A stretch of 32,000 nt of DNA, taken from the NCBI RefSeq assembly GCF_014280175.1, contig NZ_CP047931.1:330001-362000 (forward strand). The letters are read 5' to 3'. This document shows, in pieces, positions 26,979-32,000 of the stretch; position 1 is the first letter of the stretch, and the number at the start of each line of letters is the position of its first letter. The stretch is from Synechococcus sp. A15-28 (GTDB lineage: Bacteria > Cyanobacteriota > Cyanobacteriia > PCC-6307 > Cyanobiaceae). Below the pieces are notes generated by a model. That model searched no databases and was not told the DNA's origin. It was given only the letters and a program-made list of their open reading frames with translations. A program made the translations under genes and the position numbers.

Positions 26979-27584
26979 TTGGCCGGGAGTTTTGCGCAGC
27001 TGGCCCGAGCGGCTGAACAGTCGAGGGACACGATGTTGGTCCCGAAGACAGCCCTGGACACTCCTCCCCTCGAGATTCAAACCCTGGGAGCGGAGGTGTT
27101 GCGTCAGCCGGCCCGCCGCATCGGCAAGGTGACGGAGCAGACCCGAGAACTGGCCCGCGACATGCTCAGAAGCATGTACACCGCCAAAGGGATCGGTCTG
27201 GCGGCACCTCAGGTGGGCGTCCATCAGCAGTTACTGGTGATCGATCTGGACCTGGAGAACGCCACCACGCCTCCCCTCGTTCTGATCAATCCTGAGATCA
27301 GCTCCGCCAGCGCCACCATCGACACCTATGAGGAGGGCTGCCTGAGCATTCCTGGCGTGTATCTCGATGTGGTGCGTCCCACAGCCATTGAGGTGAGCTT
27401 CCGTGATGAGATGGGTCGACCGCGCAAGATGAAGGCCGATGGCCTGATGGCGCGCTGCATTCAGCATGAGATGGACCATCTCAACGGCGTGCTGTTTGTG
27501 GATCGCGTCACCGATGAAGCCGGTCTTCAGAAGGAATTGAAGGATCATGGTTTCCAGCGCCAGCACGTTCAGAGCGTTTCCTGA
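26979..27584 (+). CDS. def: Peptide deformylase
   Basis: 'MYTAKGIGLAAPQVGVHQQLLVIDL', 'EEGCLSIPGVY', 'QHEMDHLNGVLFVDR' (the three PDF motifs). The start is ambiguous among 26928 ATG, 26979 TTG and 27033 ATG. Confidence 0.95.
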   Translation: MAGSFAQLARAAEQSRDTMLVPKTALDTPPLEIQTLGAEVLRQPARRIGKVTEQTRELARDMLRSMYTAKGIGLAAPQVGVHQQLLVIDLDLENATTPPLVLINPEISSASATIDTYEEGCLSIPGVYLDVVRPTAIEVSFRDEMGRPRKMKADGLMARCIQHEMDHLNGVLFVDRVTDEAGLQKELKDHGFQRQHVQSVS

Positions 27585-27587
27585 TCC

Positions 27588-27785
27588 ATGCCGATGAAGC
27601 CCCTGGCCGGATTGTTTCTGGCCCTCGCCTGTGTCCTCGGCATCGCCACCACCGGCTGTGTGTTTGAACTGGCCTACGGCGATCCCGATCTCGGGGTGTC
27701 CACCACCATTTGGATCCTGGCCCTGGCGGCCCCCGCCACCGTGGCGACCCTGGTGGTGGCCATTCGTCTCAACAAACCGGCCTGA
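27588..27785 (+). CDS. Small hypothetical membrane protein
   Basis: 65 aa with two hydrophobic segments, immediately downstream of def. Confidence 0.65.
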   Translation: MPMKPLAGLFLALACVLGIATTGCVFELAYGDPDLGVSTTIWILALAAPATVATLVVAIRLNKPA

Positions 27786-27842
27786 TTGGGGGCGACTGAC
27801 GGGTCCAGCACTTTTACGATCCGTCCAGCTCAGCTCCCGGCC

Positions 27843-28397
27843 GTGATCTCTCGCCTTCTGCCCGCCGCCGCCGGTCTTGCCGTCGGTGTTGCCGCCGTGC
27901 CTGCAGTCCTGGCCCAGGGATCGCTGTTCACAGCTGTGCCTGTGGACACCAGCAAATTCATCCTGGTGTCGGCACCGATCGGCAGCGGCGAGCGCTCCCA
28001 GCTCAACATCTATGAGCAGCGGTCCGAGAAGCGGCCCTGTTTTGCCGTCAGCGGCAGCAATCCCGCCGTTGTCGATCCCCTGTTGTCGACCTTTGATTTC
28101 ACAGGCATCTGCAACCGTTACATCGACGGCAACGGCTATTCCCTGCGCATCGGTGCTGATGATCTCGGCACCCGTTACCGCCTCACCGTGGTGAACACCG
28201 GCAGCGACATGGAGCTGCTGGCCGCACCCACTCGGGATCGCAGTCAGCCCACCTTCCTGATTGCCAGCACCGGTGCTGCCGGCAGTGGCTTCCTTCAGTT
28301 CAACCTCGAGCCGGGCTGGACCCTGATGCGCCGCGCCTACGGCAAGAAAACCCTTGGCCACATTTACGTGTACCGCGACAGCGCTCCTGCCCAGTGA
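27843..28397 (+). CDS. Secreted hypothetical protein (DUF3747-like)
   Basis: Likely GTG start at 27843, giving signal peptide 'VISRLLPAAAGLAVGVAAVPAVLAQG' then 'SLFTAVPVDTSKFILVSAPIGSGERSQLNIYEQRSEKRPCFAV...NRYIDGNGYSLRIGADDLGTRYRLTV'. Confidence 0.75.
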   Translation: MISRLLPAAAGLAVGVAAVPAVLAQGSLFTAVPVDTSKFILVSAPIGSGERSQLNIYEQRSEKRPCFAVSGSNPAVVDPLLSTFDFTGICNRYIDGNGYSLRIGADDLGTRYRLTVVNTGSDMELLAAPTRDRSQPTFLIASTGAAGSGFLQFNLEPGWTLMRRAYGKKTLGHIYVYRDSAPAQ

Positions 28398-28446
28398 CAT
28401 CCTTGCTTGCTTCAGCTGACGATCCAGTCGATCAGGGATGGATGAG

Positions 28447-29976
28447 CTAAAGCGGCTCTGGTGAGTGCATCACATCGCTGCAGCGGTAGTGGCTGGCCTC
28501 CGCCACCGCGTCGGAGCTGACCACGGCGTTTCCGTTCAGGTCGGCAACGGTCCGCGCCACCCGCAGCAGCCGAATGCCACTGCGGGTGGAGAGCCCCCGA
28601 TGGGCCACCAGGCGCTCCCACAACTGCAGAGCCGCCGGTGCGAAGCCAGCGTGAAACCCCAGGGCCCTGGCCGGTAGGTCCCGGTTGCAGACCCCGCCCG
28701 GGTTGCGCTGCTGCATGCGTTGCCGGGCGGCCGCAATTGTCTGGGGTTGCAGCCAGGGGTCATCGCTTCTGTGATCCCCCTGCAGGCAGCGGCGCATCTC
28801 CTGCGCCGGGCGTCGCTCCAGCCGCAGCTGCAGATCCAGGCGGTCCAGCAGTGGGCCCGACAACCGTTGCCAATAGCGCTGGCGTTGGCTCTGACTGCAG
28901 CGACAGCCGTGCTCCCGGTCGCCGTGCCATCCACAGGAGCAGGGGTTGGTGGCGGCCACCAGGGTGATCGCTGCTGGGAATGCTGTTTTCAGGCGCGCGC
29001 GGCTCAGCCTGACCGTTCCCTCTTCCAGGGGTTGGCGCAGTTGATCGAGCATGGGTCGTGGGAACTCCGCCAACTCATCGAGAAACAGCACGCCGCCGTG
29101 GGCCAGGCTCAGTTCCCCCGGTCTTGGCTGGCTCCCGCCCCCCAGCAGTGCCGCCGCTGAGCTGCTGTGGTGTGGTGCGCGGAACGGGCGCTGCAGCTGC
29201 ACATTCAGCGGCTGCTCCAGTTGGCCGGCCACGGAGTGGATGCGGGTGATGGTGAGGGCTTCGTCTGGGGTGAGCGGTGGCAGCAGCGCCGGCAATTGAC
29301 GGGCTAGGTGGGTTTTGCCGCAACCGGGAGGGCCGACCATCAACAGGTGATGGCCGCCAGCGGCGGCCAGGGCCAGCCCCCGCCCCGCCAACCCATGGGC
29401 CTGGATGGGTGCGGGTTCCGGTGGCTGCAGCTCCGGTCTGGAGCGGCAGACCCGCAGGCAGGGCCGGTCCCCTTTGAGCTGCTGCACCAGTTGCTGCAGA
29501 TCAGGGGCGGTGCGCACCACCAGGTCTGGAATCAGAGCTGCTTCATCGGCATTACCCGGCGGCACCACCAGGGCCTGGGCTCTATGGCGGGCGGCCAGCT
29601 CCGCGATGGCGATCACGCCGCGGCAGGGTCTGAGGCTGCCGTCGAGGCCCAGCTCACCGGCGCACCACAGCCCATTCAGGCGCGGTCGATCCAGCTGGCC
29701 ACTGGCCACCAGCAGCGCCAGCGCGATCGGCAGATCAAAGGCGGGCCCCTCCTTGCGCAGATCAGCGGGGGCCAGGTTGATCACCACCCGCACCAGGGGG
29801 CCGCGGAAGCCGGAGTTGCGCAGGGCGGATCGCACCCGTTCCCAGGATTCCTGGATGGCCTTGTCTGGCAGTCCCACCAGTTGGATGCCTGGCAGCCCTG
29901 GTGCCAGGTCGACTTCCACGGTGACGGGGTGGGCCTGCAGGCCCTGCAGCGATGCACTGAGACAACGTGCCAGCAT
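28447..29976 (-). CDS. comM: YifB/ComM family Mg-chelatase-like AAA+ ATPase
   Basis: 'VEVDLAPGLPGIQLVGLPDKAIQESWERVRSALRNSGF', Walker A 'MVGPPGCGKTHLARQLPALLPPL', 'RPFRAPHHSSSAAALLGGG', 'GVLFLDELAEFPRPMLDQLRQPLEEG'. Start at 29976 or 30012. Confidence 0.93.
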   Translation of the reverse strand: MLARCLSASLQGLQAHPVTVEVDLAPGLPGIQLVGLPDKAIQESWERVRSALRNSGFRGPLVRVVINLAPADLRKEGPAFDLPIALALLVASGQLDRPRLNGLWCAGELGLDGSLRPCRGVIAIAELAARHRAQALVVPPGNADEAALIPDLVVRTAPDLQQLVQQLKGDRPCLRVCRSRPELQPPEPAPIQAHGLAGRGLALAAAGGHHLLMVGPPGCGKTHLARQLPALLPPLTPDEALTITRIHSVAGQLEQPLNVQLQRPFRAPHHSSSAAALLGGGSQPRPGELSLAHGGVLFLDELAEFPRPMLDQLRQPLEEGTVRLSRARLKTAFPAAITLVAATNPCSCGWHGDREHGCRCSQSQRQRYWQRLSGPLLDRLDLQLRLERRPAQEMRRCLQGDHRSDDPWLQPQTIAAARQRMQQRNPGGVCNRDLPARALGFHAGFAPAALQLWERLVAHRGLSTRSGIRLLRVARTVADLNGNAVVSSDAVAEASHYRCSDVMHSPEPL

Positions 29977-30004
29977 TCGGCTGTGATGTGATGCATGGGG
30001 TTGA

Positions 30005-30391
<387 letters not shown>

Positions 30392-30415
30392 GGTCAGCCT
30401 CGCCAGAATGCAGTC

Positions 30416-32000
30416 ATGACGGTTTCTTCCATGGGGTCGCGCCAGGGCTTGCGCGGCCAGCTCAACAAGCTGCGCAACCTGGCCCAGCCTTTTTTCCTGC
30501 CCCTCGATCAGGCCACGGGCTGGCAATTCGGTGGGTTGCTGGTGGCGCTGCTGTTCTGCGTCGGCGGGTTGGTGCTTGTGGCACTCACCGGTCTGATCAA
30601 CGGGGCCGAGCAGTTGTTGCCGGATCTGACGGCCAAGTATTTCGGGGGGGTCTCCGACACCATCGACACGATCTGGAGCAGTGCCTGGGGGGTGGTGTTC
30701 AGCGGCCTGTTCCTGATGGGTGGTGCGGCGTTCCTGGCGATGCGCCAGCAGCTGCGCAACCGCCGCTGGCTGCATTGGCTGATGCTCGGCGTGATCGTGC
30801 TGATGCTGCTGACGGTCAACGGCATCAATGCCGGTATCGGTTTCATCGCGCGGGATCTCACCAATGCCCTCGTGGCCAAACAGGAGGATGGTTTTTATCG
30901 GATCCTGATCATTTACGCCTGCTGCTTCGTGGTGGCGCTGCCGATCCGGGTGTCTCAGATCTTCTTCACGTTGAAGCTGGGGATCATCTGGCGCGACTGG
31001 TTATCTCGCAGCCTGATCGGGGATTACATGCGCAACCGCGCCTATTACGTTCTCAATCCGAATGATGAACAGGCCACGGATGTCGACAATCCGGACCAAC
31101 GCATCACCGATGACACCCGCTCCTTCACGTCCCAGAGCCTTCAATTCACCCTCGGAGTGTTCGATGCTCTGCTGACCTTTTCCCTCAATATCCTGATCCT
31201 CTGGAGCATCAGTACGACGCTGACGTTGTCACTCTTTGGCTATGCCAGTTTTGCGACGGCAATTCTGGTGATCTCCGGGCGCAGGCTGGTGAGGATCAAT
31301 TTTGATCAGCTGCGCTACGAGGCTGATTTCCGCTACGGCTTGGTTCACATCCGCAATAACGCCGAGTCGATTGCCTTCTATTCCGGGGAAGAGCCGGAGT
31401 CCGCTGAAACCGAGCGTCGTCTCGGTTCCGTTGTTCGCAACTTCAACCTCCTGATCATTTGGCGGGTTATCATCGATGTGATGCGTCGTTCGATCGGATA
31501 TGCCGGAAATTTCTTCCCTTATCTGGTGATGGCCGTCCCTTATTTTGCCGGGGAGATTGATTATGGCGGCTTCATTCAAGCCAACTTCGCCTTCGGAATG
31601 GTGGAAGGATCGTTGTTCTATGTGGTGAATCAGATTGAAGAACTGGCTCAATTCACGGCCGGGATTTCCCGCCTAGAGGGTTTCCAAAGCGAGGTGGAGC
31701 AGGTGAGCAGGGAGGCCCAAGGTGCCGATCCGGTGCAGCTGGGAGCCGAATCAATCGTGGTGCGCCACGCCGACCTCACCCCACCCGGTGCCGACCAGCC
31801 GATCGTGCGGGATCTCAGCCTCAGCGTGGGTGAAACCGACAAATTGCTGGTGGTGGGTCCCTCCGGTTGCGGCAAAACCTCGCTGCTGCGGATGATCAGC
31901 GGTCTCTGGTCCCCCAGCAAGGGGAATGTGGAGCGTCCGCCCACCGGCGAACTGCTGTTCATTCCTCAGAAGCCCTACATGCTGCTGGGGTCGTTACGGG
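30416..32000 (+). CDS. ABC transporter, fused membrane and ATPase domains (SbmA/BacA-like, ABCD-type half transporter), truncated by right window edge
   Basis: ORF from ATG 30416: 'TALVAKQEDGFYRILIIYACCFVVALPIRVSQIFFTLKLGIIWRDWLSRSLIGDYMRNRAYYVLNPNDEQATDVDNPDQRITDDTRSFT...' then Walker A 'VVGPSGCGKTSLLRMISGLW'. Not in the track because it is open at the edge. Confidence 0.88.
   Translation, partial: MTVSSMGSRQGLRGQLNKLRNLAQPFFLPLDQATGWQFGGLLVALLFCVGGLVLVALTGLINGAEQLLPDLTAKYFGGVSDTIDTIWSSAWGVVFSGLFLMGGAAFLAMRQQLRNRRWLHWLMLGVIVLMLLTVNGINAGIGFIARDLTNALVAKQEDGFYRILIIYACCFVVALPIRVSQIFFTLKLGIIWRDWLSRSLIGDYMRNRAYYVLNPNDEQATDVDNPDQRITDDTRSFTSQSLQFTLGVFDALLTFSLNILILWSISTTLTLSLFGYASFATAILVISGRRLVRINFDQLRYEADFRYGLVHIRNNAESIAFYSGEEPESAETERRLGSVVRNFNLLIIWRVIIDVMRRSIGYAGNFFPYLVMAVPYFAGEIDYGGFIQANFAFGMVEGSLFYVVNQIEELAQFTAGISRLEGFQSEVEQVSREAQGADPVQLGAESIVVRHADLTPPGADQPIVRDLSLSVGETDKLLVVGPSGCGKTSLLRMISGLWSPSKGNVERPPTGELLFIPQKPYMLLGSLR

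Noticed and set aside
26267-27016. 249-aa plus-strand ORF
   Set aside because: Antisense to the S9 peptidase, with no supporting motif.
27231-28400. 389-aa minus-strand ORF
   Set aside because: Spans the antisense of def and two downstream genes, with low-complexity G/Q/H composition.
29308-29991. Long plus-strand ORFs (29308..29991 and 29405..29986)
   Set aside because: Antisense shadows of comM/yifB.

Overview
This 32 kb window looks like marine picocyanobacterial (Synechococcus-type) core chromosome. This placement rests on psbO, a cpcG-type linker, a CpcS/CpeS-type lyase, Ycf20, DUF4912 and the suf operon with ftrC. From left to right I read: a left-truncated type II NADH dehydrogenase (-), Ycf20-like (-), small ORFs, tRNA-Ala(CGC) (-), a DUF2555-like protein, coaBC, psbO, ATP sulfurylase, ftsH, an eda-like aldolase, a basic-tailed small protein, aroC (-), and an Asp/Asn beta-hydroxylase (-). 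Then comes a visibly AT-richer two-gene insert with a divergent TylF-like protein and a GT9/TPR-GT-like protein, both (-). It is followed by a duplicated-HKD phospholipase-D-like lipoprotein (-), a SAP/Rho-N-like plus DUF4912 protein (-), cpcG (-), a CpcS/CpeS-like lyase (-), sufR (-) divergent from ftrC-sufB-sufC-sufD-sufS (+), an RCC1-like-repeat plus RTX protein (+), an S9 peptidase (-), def (+), two small/secreted proteins, comM/yifB (-), a HIT protein (+), and a right-truncated SbmA/BacA-like ABC transporter (+). I see no CRISPR array, transposase, prophage or recognisable defence system. The best second-look items are the ten-repeat RCC1/RTX protein, the AT-rich glycan/methyltransferase-like insert, an interrupted palindrome between sufR and ftrC, a basic-tailed possible nucleoid protein, and a near-lipobox cysteine in PsbO. 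Family calls are from motif recognition by eye. No database search was run.
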